From: a virus
Taxonomy: Duplodnaviria > Caudoviricetes
Strand: one strand, 5' to 3'
Virus record (IMG/VR): IMGVR_UViG_3300033070_001349
Coordinates: 64,001-128,000 of that record
DNA: 64,000 nt
Within the stretch, counting starts at the first letter, position 1. The number at the start of each line of letters is the position of its first letter. Made by a program: the position numbers and the translations under genes. The notes beneath the pieces are model-generated. The model made no database searches, was not told the DNA's origin, and saw nothing but the letters and a program-made list of their open reading frames with translations. Positions 28,309-38,900 of this stretch are shown here, piece after piece.

Positions 28309-29222
28309 AGCTCCCCCTCGCCGCCCTCGCCACGAGGGAACCCGTGGCGCCCACGGGGGAGGTCTACATCCGCGCCTCCAGGGTGGCCTCGATCTGTCCG
28401 CGTGAGGAGGTCCTGGCCCACCTCGGGGGCGTCGAGCGCACGAAGTCCACCTCGCCGGGAGACGCCGTCACCTACGCCCGAGGCCACGGGCTCCACGCAG
28501 CCGCCCGCGAGCACATCCTCCCCCAGATCGGCGTGCTTTACGGGAAGTGGTCGTGCCTCGACTGCGGCCGGGCCTACGGCGCCCCGTGGGAGACCCTTCC
28601 GCTGCGCGTGGAGGACGGCGTCCGCCCCCCGGCCCTCGCCGAGGCCCTCGTCCTCCGCCCCTCCCGGTGCGAGTCATGTGGCTCCGAGGAGTTCGCCTAC
28701 CGGGAGCTCAAGTTCGAGGCCCCCGAGTACCGCACCGGGGGGTCCCCTGACGGCTTCCTCCGGCTCCCGGGGCTCCCGGGGCTCGGGCTCTTGGAGCTCA
28801 AGAGCACGGCCGCTCCGTGGGACGTTCGGCACGCCCCGCTCCTCTCGCACGCGATCCAGGTCCAGACCTACCTCTGGTTCACCGGGCTCCCGTGGGCGGT
28901 GATCGTGTACTGGGACACGACCGCCGAGGGCATCGACGCGCTCTCCGCGTTCAAGCTCGACCGCGACCCGGTTACGATCGACGCGATCCGCGCCGCGCTC
29001 GCTTCGGTCGTGAGGGGCGTCGAGGGCGGCCCGCTCCCCGCCCGGATCTGTTCGAGCGCCGACTGCCCGCGGGCGAAGCAGTGCTCCGTCGCGAAGGCCT
29101 GTTTCGAGGCGGCCCCGCGCCTCCCTGACCCCGAGGACCCGGAGGACGATCAGGATGGCCCCGATCGCTGGGGGGAGCCTGGGGTGACCCCTGACCTCGC
29201 CGCTTCCGAGGTGGTGTTTTGA
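28296..29222 (+). CDS. Cas4/RecB-like PD-(D/E)XK exonuclease (Fe-S type)
   Basis: RAS....CPR, G..H, GSPDG, ELKS, QVQTY, C-terminal Cys cluster. Confidence 0.8.
   Translation: MVTLKLPLAALATREPVAPTGEVYIRASRVASICPREEVLAHLGGVERTKSTSPGDAVTYARGHGLHAAAREHILPQIGVLYGKWSCLDCGRAYGAPWETLPLRVEDGVRPPALAEALVLRPSRCESCGSEEFAYRELKFEAPEYRTGGSPDGFLRLPGLPGLGLLELKSTAAPWDVRHAPLLSHAIQVQTYLWFTGLPWAVIVYWDTTAEGIDALSAFKLDRDPVTIDAIRAALASVVRGVEGGPLPARICSSADCPRAKQCSVAKACFEAAPRLPDPEDPEDDQDGPDRWGEPGVTPDLAASEVVF
28670..28685. promoter_or_regulatory. 16-bp quasi-palindrome copy 6 CGAGTCATGTGGCTCC
   Basis: Dispersed motif, read in a different frame (CESCGS). Confidence 0.7.
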
Positions 29223-29515
29223 CCGGCATCGTGCCCCCCGAAGACCTCACCGCGCTCCCTCTCGCCCTCCGCAACTCCGGGTGCGAGGCGTGCTCCCGCC
29301 GCGTCTCCATGTGGACCCTCGCCTCGGGCCCGGTGTGCGCCCGGTGCCTCCTCCTCCGGTCGCCGTGGGGGGTCTCCCACGCCGAAGGGGTGGCGGCCCT
29401 AGTCCGCGCGGCCTCGGGTCCCTCCGGCGACCCGGACAATCCTGCGGACCGCACGCTCGACGCCGTCGTTGCCGCCATCCTGGTCCCCTATCGCCTCTCC
29501 GCGAGGGCCTCTTGA
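29219..29515 (+). CDS. Hypothetical Zn-binding protein
   Basis: CEAC...CARC; coupled start. Confidence 0.5.
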   Translation: MTGIVPPEDLTALPLALRNSGCEACSRRVSMWTLASGPVCARCLLLRSPWGVSHAEGVAALVRAASGPSGDPDNPADRTLDAVVAAILVPYRLSARAS

Positions 29516-29532
29516 GGCGCCAGAGGCCCGCC

Positions 29533-30057
29533 GTGGCCGACCTCGTGAAGGTCGACGTGGGGCGATTCGAGCGCATCATCCTCGGGATCGACTACGGGCT
29601 CGCCGAGTCCGGCTGGGGGGCCGTCGGGTGGGAGTTCCCTGGCTCCCCTCCCTACGTGATCGCCTACGGCGTATGCCGGACCCGCGCCGGAGGGGACCCG
29701 TGGGATCGGACCGACGCCATGGTCGACCAGCTCCGGGAGGTCGAGGAGGTGACCAAGGCCACCGAGGTCGCCATGGAGGACTGGGGCCACCGCTCCGCGG
29801 GCAAGGCCACTACGAGCCACCTCATGGGCCTCGTCATCGGGGGCCTCCTCCGCGGCCTCCACCACCGCCCCCGCTCGGTCGGCATCACGGGGGAGTGGCA
29901 CGCCACCCTCGGGTTGCCGTACAAGGGGGACAAGGTCGACGTGGCGACGTGGGTTCGGGAGGGCCTTCGCCTCGACCACACCCCCAAGCCCGACCACGCC
30001 TCCGACGCCCTCTCCATCGCCCTCGCCGCGTTCTCCCTGCCCCAACTCCAGAGGTGA
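29533..30057 (+). CDS. ruvC: RuvC Holliday junction resolvase
   Basis: ILGIDYG...GWG, VAME, DK..V, PDHASDALSIA. Confidence 0.88.
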   Translation: MADLVKVDVGRFERIILGIDYGLAESGWGAVGWEFPGSPPYVIAYGVCRTRAGGDPWDRTDAMVDQLREVEEVTKATEVAMEDWGHRSAGKATTSHLMGLVIGGLLRGLHHRPRSVGITGEWHATLGLPYKGDKVDVATWVREGLRLDHTPKPDHASDALSIALAAFSLPQLQR

Positions 30058-30064
30058 CACCGAC

Positions 30065-31069
30065 ATGACGGCCGCCGTGAAGCTCAAGCTCGTTCCCTCC
30101 CCCTCCGACCCCCTGGGGCTCGGCGCCCCGTCCTCCGCCCCCGAGCCCGGCACCGCGGCCTGGGCCGAGGCCATCCGTTCGGAGGCGCGCACCGTCGTCG
30201 CGGAGGTCGATCAGGCCTACATGCGCGTCGCCGAGATCCTCTACCGGGTGCAGACCCTCCGCGTGAACGGCGGGACCACGGAGGGCCCTCCCCTCCACAC
30301 CGCCTGGGGCTTCAAGACCTTCGAGGAGTGGGTCGAGTCCGAGCTCGGGTTCCAGCGCCACAAGGCCAACGCCCTCATCCGCATCCACCGCCGCTTCGCC
30401 GTCGACCTCACGGAGATGCCCGAGGCGACCCGGGCCAAGCTCCTCAAGATGGGGTGGACGAAGGCGCGCGAGGTCGTCCGCGTCCTGACCCTCAAGAACG
30501 CCGACCACTGGGCGACGATGGGCGAGCAGCTCTCCTTCCCCGACCTCCGCCGCGCCGTCGTCATCTACGCTGACGCCCTCGTGCAGAAGCAGATCGAGGA
30601 CGCCAAGGCGGCCAAGACCCCCGCCCCGCCCACGAAGATCGACACGAGCGCCATCCTCGCCTCGGTCACGGAGACCCCGCCCGCCCCGGTGCACGTCGAG
30701 GGCGCTGGCTTCGAGCCCGAGGAGGACCTCGACGGCACCGAGGACGTTCCGCTGCCCCCGCCCGTGAGCACGATCCCCTTCTCGTTCGCCTTCTACCCCG
30801 AGCAGGCCGAGACCTTCGTCGAGGCCCTGAAGATCGCCGAGGCCCACAACCCCGGCAAGCCCAAGAGCTACTACCTGGAGACGATCGCCCTGGAGTACCT
30901 CTCCGGCTACCATGTGGACGGGGACTCCAACGCCCGGCGGACCCTCACCTTCAAGCGCCTCTCCGAGACCCTCGGCGTGGAGCTCGTGGTGCGGGACAAG
31001 GCCTCCGGCGCGGTCCTCCTCGGCGGCGACGGGCCCCTCGCCGAGGCCCTCCGCAAGGGCGAGGTCTAG
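30065..31069 (+). CDS. Hypothetical protein, probably DNA-binding
   Basis: WGFKTFEEWVESELG...GWTKA motif. Confidence 0.6.
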   Translation: MTAAVKLKLVPSPSDPLGLGAPSSAPEPGTAAWAEAIRSEARTVVAEVDQAYMRVAEILYRVQTLRVNGGTTEGPPLHTAWGFKTFEEWVESELGFQRHKANALIRIHRRFAVDLTEMPEATRAKLLKMGWTKAREVVRVLTLKNADHWATMGEQLSFPDLRRAVVIYADALVQKQIEDAKAAKTPAPPTKIDTSAILASVTETPPAPVHVEGAGFEPEEDLDGTEDVPLPPPVSTIPFSFAFYPEQAETFVEALKIAEAHNPGKPKSYYLETIALEYLSGYHVDGDSNARRTLTFKRLSETLGVELVVRDKASGAVLLGGDGPLAEALRKGEV

Positions 31070-31072
31070 GCC

Positions 31073-31288
31073 GTGGATCTGCCCATCTCCGAGGCCACCC
31101 TCCAGCTCGAATGGGGCACCGTGAAGCAGCTCACGGAGGCCCTGACCGCTTCGATCGAGGGGGGCGTGCCTCGGGGGGACGACGAGGCGGCCGAGGCATG
31201 GCTCCGCGAGGTGGTGGGGACCCTCGGGTTCCTGTCGAAGAAGCTCGACGTGCTCGCCGTCACCCTCATCTCCCCTCCCGGGGGGTAG
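31073..31288 (+). CDS. Hypothetical protein
   Basis: Short ORF in gene run. Confidence 0.5.
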   Translation: MDLPISEATLQLEWGTVKQLTEALTASIEGGVPRGDDEAAEAWLREVVGTLGFLSKKLDVLAVTLISPPGG

Positions 31289-31299
31289 ACTCCGCCCCC

Positions 31300-31857
31300 A
31301 TGCGCTCCCGCGAGCTCGTAGAGCACCTCCTCGGCATCCTCCAGCCCCGCGGGAGCGGCGTCTTCCCCGTCGCCCCGGCCCTCGCCGCCCGCGCCGCCTG
31401 CAAGGCGGTCCTCGGGCTCCTGGCCCGGGGGATGGAGTCGATCGCCGACGACGGCACCCTCGCCGCCTCCCCGTGGGAGGCCTCTTCGGTCTGGACCCAG
31501 GTTCGGCGCGAGTACCTCGTCCTCCGCGAGCGGACCCTGGAGGTGCTCTCCTGGGGCGGCACGATCGACCCGGACCCGGGGCCCGCGCCGCCCCTCGCCT
31601 CGACCCCAGAGGCCGCCACGGATACGCTCCTGGCCCTCCTCGAAGCCCTCGGGGTCCAGGTCCAATGGCAGGACCAACGGAAGGTGCACGAGCTCGCCCC
31701 CGAAGCCTTCGCCGCCTTCGAGGTCGTGGAAGCCCTCCTCCGGGTGGCCGCTGCCCGGCTCGCGTCGGTGCCGTGGGCCACCAGGGGCCTCCCGACGCCC
31801 CCGTGGCTCGACGACCCCGCGCCGATCCCGTCCAGAACGCCCCCGGTCGCGGTATAA
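31300..31857 (+). CDS. Hypothetical protein
   Basis: GC3-rich ORF. Confidence 0.55.
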   Translation: MRSRELVEHLLGILQPRGSGVFPVAPALAARAACKAVLGLLARGMESIADDGTLAASPWEASSVWTQVRREYLVLRERTLEVLSWGGTIDPDPGPAPPLASTPEAATDTLLALLEALGVQVQWQDQRKVHELAPEAFAAFEVVEALLRVAAARLASVPWATRGLPTPPWLDDPAPIPSRTPPVAV

Positions 31858-31865
31858 CGCGCCCC

Positions 31866-32777
31866 GTGCCGAAGAAGTCCAAGGTCGCGCCCTCCCCCTC
31901 CCCTGTGGTCGACTCCATCCTCGGGGAGATCGAGGCGGGGGCAGGGTCCCCCCAGGTCGCCATCCCCAAGGCGGCCCTGGCGGACATCGTTGTCCACGTC
32001 CCGGTGATGACCCCCCTCGATCGCATCGTCGAGACCGAGTGGAACACCAACGTCCAGAGCGGCGAGAAGTTCTCCGAGCTCGTGGAGGACATCAAGGTCA
32101 ACGGCTTCTCCGGGGCGGTCGACGTGGTGCCCTTCACCGGGCCCGACGGCCACGAGTCCTACCTCGTGGTCTCCGGCGAGTGGCGCTGCAAGGCCGCCCG
32201 GCTGCTCGGCCTGAAGGAGATCCCCGCCTCGCGGCTCTCCCACGCGAAGTTTCAGGACGCGGACTTCCAGCGGATCCTCTCGATCCGGCGCAACAACATC
32301 CACGGGCGGCACGACCCGGAGAAGACCCGCGCGCTCATCGAGCACCTCGCGAAGAAGTACCCCCAGTCGGATGAGCTCCGGCGGCTCCTCGCCTTCGACA
32401 AGACCGCCGAGTGGAAGCGCCTCGTGGGGGACACGCGGAAGTCCCTCAAGGGCCAGGGCGCTACCCAGGCCCAGCTCGCCCAGTTCGACGAGAAGGCGAA
32501 GAAGGCCAGGAGCCTTGCCGACCTCTCGGCCATCGTCTCCCACCTCTTCGACACGCACAAGGAGACGGTCCCCTGGGGCTACATGGCGTTCTCCTTCGGC
32601 GGGAAGGAGCACCTCTACGTCGCTGCCACCGCGCCGACGATGCAGGCTGTGAAGCGCATCGTGGCCCACTGCGGCGACCGCAACCTGGAGATCAACTCCG
32701 TCCTCGGCCCGGCCCTCACGGAGCTCGCGGACCGGCTCGCGAAGGGTGTCGAGGGCCCCCTCCCCGGCGACTTCTGA
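31866..32777 (+). CDS. ParB/Srx N-terminal domain protein
   Basis: WNTN...KFSELVEDIKVNGF...YLVVSGEWRCKAARLLG...N.IHG. Confidence 0.8.
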   Translation: MPKKSKVAPSPSPVVDSILGEIEAGAGSPQVAIPKAALADIVVHVPVMTPLDRIVETEWNTNVQSGEKFSELVEDIKVNGFSGAVDVVPFTGPDGHESYLVVSGEWRCKAARLLGLKEIPASRLSHAKFQDADFQRILSIRRNNIHGRHDPEKTRALIEHLAKKYPQSDELRRLLAFDKTAEWKRLVGDTRKSLKGQGATQAQLAQFDEKAKKARSLADLSAIVSHLFDTHKETVPWGYMAFSFGGKEHLYVAATAPTMQAVKRIVAHCGDRNLEINSVLGPALTELADRLAKGVEGPLPGDF

Positions 32778-32907
32778 CAGGGTCTCCCGTGTCGGTGCCG
32801 GGCGGCAACCGCACGCCGAACGACAGTCGGTCTCCGCGCGCTCGCGTACGTGCGCACGAGCGACCCCCTGGTGTCCCCTCGCGGAGTCGTGTAGCGTCTC
32901 GCCCGTT

Positions 32908-35900
32908 GTGAGCCCCCCGCCCATCCTGACCCACGGTGAGCTCCTCGCAGAGCTCAAGTCCTCGTCCACCTCAGGGGCCCTCACGGAGGCGAAGCACTAC
33001 CCGCCGGGGTACTGCAAGCTCATGGGGAAGGCCCCCCAGTGGGTCTACATCAAGACCACGGACCCCAAGAAGCCGTGGAAGTATTACGCCACGCCCGGGA
33101 CCGAGAAGGGGGACACCGCGCTCGCCAAGTCCAAGGTGTGGGACGAGGCGGCCGACAAGAAGGAGACCCTCGCGGCCAAGGCGGGGGTTGCGGTCCACAC
33201 CGCGCAGGACCTCTCCGGCCTCCCCGACGACGCCAAGGCCGCCCTCAAGGGCGAGTTCGGTGACGACTGGCAGGACGAGCTATCGAAGACCCTCACCGAC
33301 CTCAAGTCCCTCGAAGGCGAGCTCGAAGGCGAGCACGACGAGTGGATGGCGAGCAAGGGCGGGGGGAAGGGCGGCAAGGCCAAGGCCTCGAAGCCCGCCG
33401 CCGCTACCGCTACCGCCGCCCCGGCCGCCGAGCCCGAGCCGGAGCCCGATGCCGCCCCGGCGACCGGGGAGCCCGCCGCTGAGCCCGAGAAGCCTTCCGC
33501 CGAGGAGCCCGCCGAGCCCGCGCCGGAGGCCCCCTCGGAGCCCGAGAAGCCCTCCGAACCCGAGGCCCCTGTCCCGAGTCATGTGACTCCGAGCGAGGAG
33601 CCCCCGGAGCCCGCCCCGCCCGAGCCCGAGGACGGGACGCACCCCGGAGACGACATTCTCGCCCTCCTCAAGGGGGAGCCCGAGGCCCCGAAGGAGCCCG
33701 AGGCGTCGCCCGCCGAGGAGCCCGCCGCGGCGAAGGAGCCCGAGCCCGAGGCTCCGAAGGCCGAGCCCGACACCGCGACCGCGGCGTCCTCGACCCCTGT
33801 GGCGCCGGAAGCCGCGGGCGCGGTGCCGTCTGAGATCCCGGACGTGGCGGACCTCGCCTACGCCGGGAACGCCCAGCACCTCGGCGGGCAGTCGAAGAAG
33901 CACTACTTCACCGACAAGAAGGGCAGGAAGTACCTCTTCAAGACGGCCAAGGATGCGAACGACGTGCGCAAGCCGTGGGCGGCCCAGGCCGCCGAGCTCG
34001 CGTCGAGCATCCAGCGGAAGGTTCTCGGGAAGGGCGTGCCGGTCAAGGTCCTCTCGATCGGGGGGAGCACCGGGACGATCCAGCCCGTGATGGAGCTCGG
34101 TGACCCTCCGTCCCTCGTCTCGACGCCGCCGGAGAAGCTCACCCTCGCCGATGCCAACGCCGTAGCGCAGGAGCACGTCATCGACTGGGGCACCGGCAAC
34201 CACGATGGTCACGGAGGCCAGTTCATCCGGCTCAAGGACGGAACCCTCGTCGGGATCGACAAGGAGCAGGCCTTCCGCTTCCTCGGGACCCCGGGGGAGA
34301 AGCTCTCGACGAGCTACGACCCGAACCCGGACACGCCCTACTACAACGGCTTCTGGACCGCCTTCGCCGCGGGCAAGCTCCCGGCCGCCTTCGACCCCAA
34401 GAGTGCCATGCTTCCGGCGCTCAACAGCATGATGGCGTTGCCGGACGCCGAGTACAAGGAAGGCCTCCAGGCCTACTTCGACTCGCTTCCGGCCTCGGCA
34501 AAGGCCGCCCGCCCGGACTTCGTCGAGAAGGCCCTCACCCGCAAGGCGTCCCTCAAGAGCGACTTCGAGGGCTTCCTCACGCCGCTCTACCGGAAGAAGG
34601 AGGGCAACCCCAAGGGCAAGTTCACCTTCGAGCACGGATGGATCCCCGACGGCAAGGTCCCGAAGGGAGCCGCCCCTGCGGAGACCTCGCCGGAGACCCT
34701 CCCGGCCCCGGCGATCCCGAACCCGCTCGTGGTGGACCCGAAGTACCAGAGCTTCCTCGACGACCTCGCGGCGGCGTCCAAGGTCGACCTGTCGAACGCC
34801 GCCGACCTGAGCCCGGTGGGCATCGCCAACGTCGCTCTCGACCACCTCCCCGCCAAGCAGGCGAAGGCCCTCCAGGCGAAGTACGGCGACCTCCACCCGT
34901 ACCTCCAGGCAGGCCACGCGGCCTACAAGTTCGCGAAGAAGGACTACACCAACGGCGCTTCGCCCGAGGCCATCAACAACGATCTGTCTACGGCGGACCC
35001 GCCCGTGGATGTGTCGGACTACCACGCCGTGTACAAGGCGCTCCGGCACTCTCCCAAGTACAAGGACGGGGGCCTCTACGCCCAGGCCTACGCCGCGGTG
35101 CACGGACCCGACTGGAAGGAGAAGATGGCGAAGACCGTCGCCGCCCTGAACGGGGTGGTCTCCTCCGAGCCGGAACAGGATCATAAGGACGTTCCGACCT
35201 GGGAACCGACCGACGCCGACATCGACGCGATGGCCGCCGCCGCGGGCGAGCCCTCGGACCCCGAGCCCCCGACCGCCACGCCGACCCCCGGCACCCCCAT
35301 CCTCTCGGGCCCTCCCGCTGTCGGGTCGGAGTCGTGGCCCCACGAGAAGTACAAGGGCCTCTCGGCCGCCGTCGCCGCCATCTCCGCGGGCAAGGGCAAG
35401 ACCTCGGACGCCATGCTCAAGGCGTTTCAGGACGAGGACTACCCGAAGAAGTACGGCCCTCAGGTCGCCGACTGCATCAACGCGATCCGGGTCGCGATGG
35501 GCAAGCCCGCGTACCTCAAGCTCCCGGGCAAGGTCCTCACGCAGACCGAGCTCGAATCGCTCCACCAGCTCATCTCGAACGACGCGGACGGCTTCAAGAC
35601 CAACGCCACCGCCGGGGTCTTCAAGCTCTCGACCGACCAGCTTCACGCCGCGAACGCGATGCTGGCCTTCCGCGGCTACGGCCCGATCGGCGCGGCCGAG
35701 CCCGAGGAGCCTGCCTCCTCCGCTCCTGCCCCCTCCGCCCCGGCGATCGAGGCCCCGAAGAGCTCCAAGCCGGTCCACCTGACCCCGGCGATGGTCGCCG
35801 CGGTGCCCTCCCTCTTCGACGGGTTCGGCACGGACGAGGAGTCGGTGGAGGCGATCGACACCGCCCTCAACGACGCCGCCGAGGCCATGGAGAAGGATCC

Positions 35901-38900
35901 GACCAAGGCGACGAAGGGTGAGATCAACCCGTGGGTCAAGGGGCTCATGGATGCCCACGGCGACCACTGGAAGACCGTCGCCAAGGCCGCCATCACCAAG
36001 ATCAACACGAAGAAGGGCGACCCGGACGACCTCGTTCTGAACCCGCCCCAGATCCTCTCGTCCCACCTCAAGGAGCTCACCCCCTCGGAGGTGATCGCCA
36101 AGATCGAGGGCTATGCCGCCAAGGGCCTCGGCGGTGAGGCCTTGAAGTGGCTCCAGCAGATCAAGGCCAAGCACGATGAGGACTGGGAGAAGGTCGCGAC
36201 CCGCGAGCTCACCAAGCTCGCGTCCAACCTCACCGACCACGCCCCGATCGGCGAGCCCATCATCCCGGGCACCTCAGACCCAGAGGCCCCCGCGAGCCCT
36301 GTGGCTCCTCTGGGCGTTCCCCCGAAATCCGCCGGTCCGGTCCTCACACCGGCCCTCGTCGCCGCCGTGCCCCCCTCCATGTTGGGGTACGGCCCGGACG
36401 ATACGGAAGCTCTCCTCCAGAACCTCGAAGGCGACCTCAAGCAGGGCATCACGCCCCTCGGGTCCATCGGCTCGTGGTCGAAGGCCCTCCACGGCATGTA
36501 CGGCGACGAGTGGATCGCCACCGCGAAGGCCGCGGTACAGGCAGCGAACCACACCGAGGGGGACCCGAACGACCTCCTCACCAACGTACCCATTCAGATC
36601 ACGCACCAGCTCGGGCCGGGCGGTCCCTCGCCGGAGCAGTACCTCCAGTTCATCCAAGGGAAGCATCACCAGGGCGGCAAGGGCCACCAGTGGCTCGAAC
36701 AGGTGAAGGCGAAGCACCCTGACGACTGGAAGGAGGTCGCCCTCGGGAAGCTCAAGGCCATCGCCGCGAAGCACACCGATCACACCCCGCTCGGCGCGGC
36801 CTCCGCGGCCCCGGCTGGGGCGAGCGACGACCCCCCGGTGCCCCCCACGATCCACCCCGAGGACATCACCGACGCGGACGCCGCCCTCGACTCCCTCGCG
36901 GACAAGCTCGCGAATCATCCCTCGGGTTCCATGCTCGGCCTCGGCCCCACCCTCGGGTGGGTTCAGGCGCTCAAGGACAAGCACGGCGACCAGTGGAAGG
37001 ACGCCGCGAAGAAGGCCCTCGGGTTCGCCTCCGCCGCGGAGTCCCCCTCGAAGACCTCCGGCCTCGAAGCGGAAGGGTCGGCCATCGCGAAGATGATGGC
37101 CGCGGGTGCCGCCGCCTCCTCGAAGGGCCTCACCCAGGCCCTCGGGCTCTCGAAGCCCGTCGACCCTATGGGGGTGGCCCACATCGCCAACACCATCGCC
37201 AAGGTCGCGGCAGCTTCCCAGGCGTCGACCCCGGACGAGCTCTTCGCGGACGTGCTCGACTCGAAGGGCGACGGCTACTTCAAGTCCTCCCTGGGCAACA
37301 CCGCCGCGAGCGAGAAGGAGTGGATGGAGGCCGTCCAGAAGATGGTCTACGCCCACACGGCGAAGCACCCTCTCAAGCCCTTCGAGCCCCAGGCCGCTCC
37401 TGCCGCGTCCCCCGTCTCCCCGGAGAAGCACCTCGCGTCCCTCAAGAACCCGGTCCACGACCTCGCGAACTACCTCACCAAGGGCTCCAAGGCCTTCCCC
37501 CCGGGCGTCGACATTCCCCACGCGGTTCACGCCCTCGCGGGTGCCGTCATGGGCAAGGACGGCTCCCTGTCGCCCGAGGCGGAGGCGGCCCTCGGCCTCA
37601 CGCACGAGTACGCGAGCTCGATCAAGGGCATCCTCGACCTCTCGGGGGCGAAGAAGAGCAAGGAGAGCTTCTCCAACAGCGCCTTCCTCGGCGCGGTGGC
37701 CGGTGGCTTCAAGATGCCCGAGGAGAAGCTCCTCGCGATGGTGAACGGGTACCTCGCCGCCAAGGGCGAGGACCCGATCGTGACCGCCGCGCCGGGCACC
37801 CCGGCGGCGGCCCCGAGCGCCACCGACCCGGCCGTCTCCCCCGGCGTGGACGTTCTCTCTCACCCCAAGGTCTCGGCCGTCCTGACCGACCCCGCGAACA
37901 CCACGCCCCACGCGGTCTTCCAGGGCCTCACGAAGCTCACGGGCCAGGGCATCGGCCCGAGCGGGTGGCCGAGCAAGGCCCTCGCCCAGTGGGCCATGTC
38001 GAAGGGCCTCACGTCCGGGCAGGCCACCGCCCTCGCCCACCCGAAGCTCTCGGCCATGGGCCTCGTCGGGGATCCTGACGCCACCCCCTCGGCGGTCTAC
38101 TCCAAGGTCGCGAAGCTCACCGGGGACAAGGCCAACGAGCTCTCCGACGAGCTCGGGGACTCCTGGTACTCGGACTTCCTCGACGGGTGGTCCACCCTCC
38201 ATTCGCAGACCGTCGGGTCGACGCAGAAGGCCCCTCACGGGGTGTGGGTCGGCGACTTCACCAACAAGTTCGCCAAGAACCTCCTCTCGCACGACGAGTC
38301 CCCGAAGGACTGGTACGCGGACCTCCTCCACTTCGACAAGTCGGTCAAGAACGCCCCCGACGACATCGTGCAGGGGTGGCACCAGTGGAAGGCCAAGTGC
38401 GAGAAGGAGTACGGGCCGACCTGGAAGGAGAAGCTCGTGGCCGCCGCCGCGGCCTACCACGGCAAGGGCTACGACTCCCTCCCTGACGAGGTGAAGGCCA
38501 AGGTCCCGCAGACCACCGAGAAGTTCTACGCGGCGATGTACCCGAAGGGGAAGCCCGTCACCGGCTCCCACCTCGACCTCTTCAACGTCAACGGCGTGAA
38601 GCAGGCGATCGAGGACTACAAGAGCGGCTCCGCGTGGCCCGAGCACGCGGCGATCTTCGACGCCGCCAAGGCCTCCTACGGGCCCGGCTGGGAGTCGGCC
38701 TTCCTCGCCGACTACGCGGCCCACAAGGGGGAGCCCGTCCCCCACACCCCCGTGGCTTCGCATCCCTACGAGCCGGTCGACTCGCCCCTCGTGGACACGC
38801 TCTGGTCCGCCGGTTACGGCCAGACCGCCTCGCTCGCGTCTATCTCGGTGAACTACCCCGAGCTCGCGGACAAGTGGAAGGCGAAGTACGGGCCCGACGC

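Noticed and set aside
28296-29222. Cas4-like gene as evidence of CRISPR-Cas
   Set aside because: No other cas genes or array; solo Cas4-like nucleases are common in phage recombination modules
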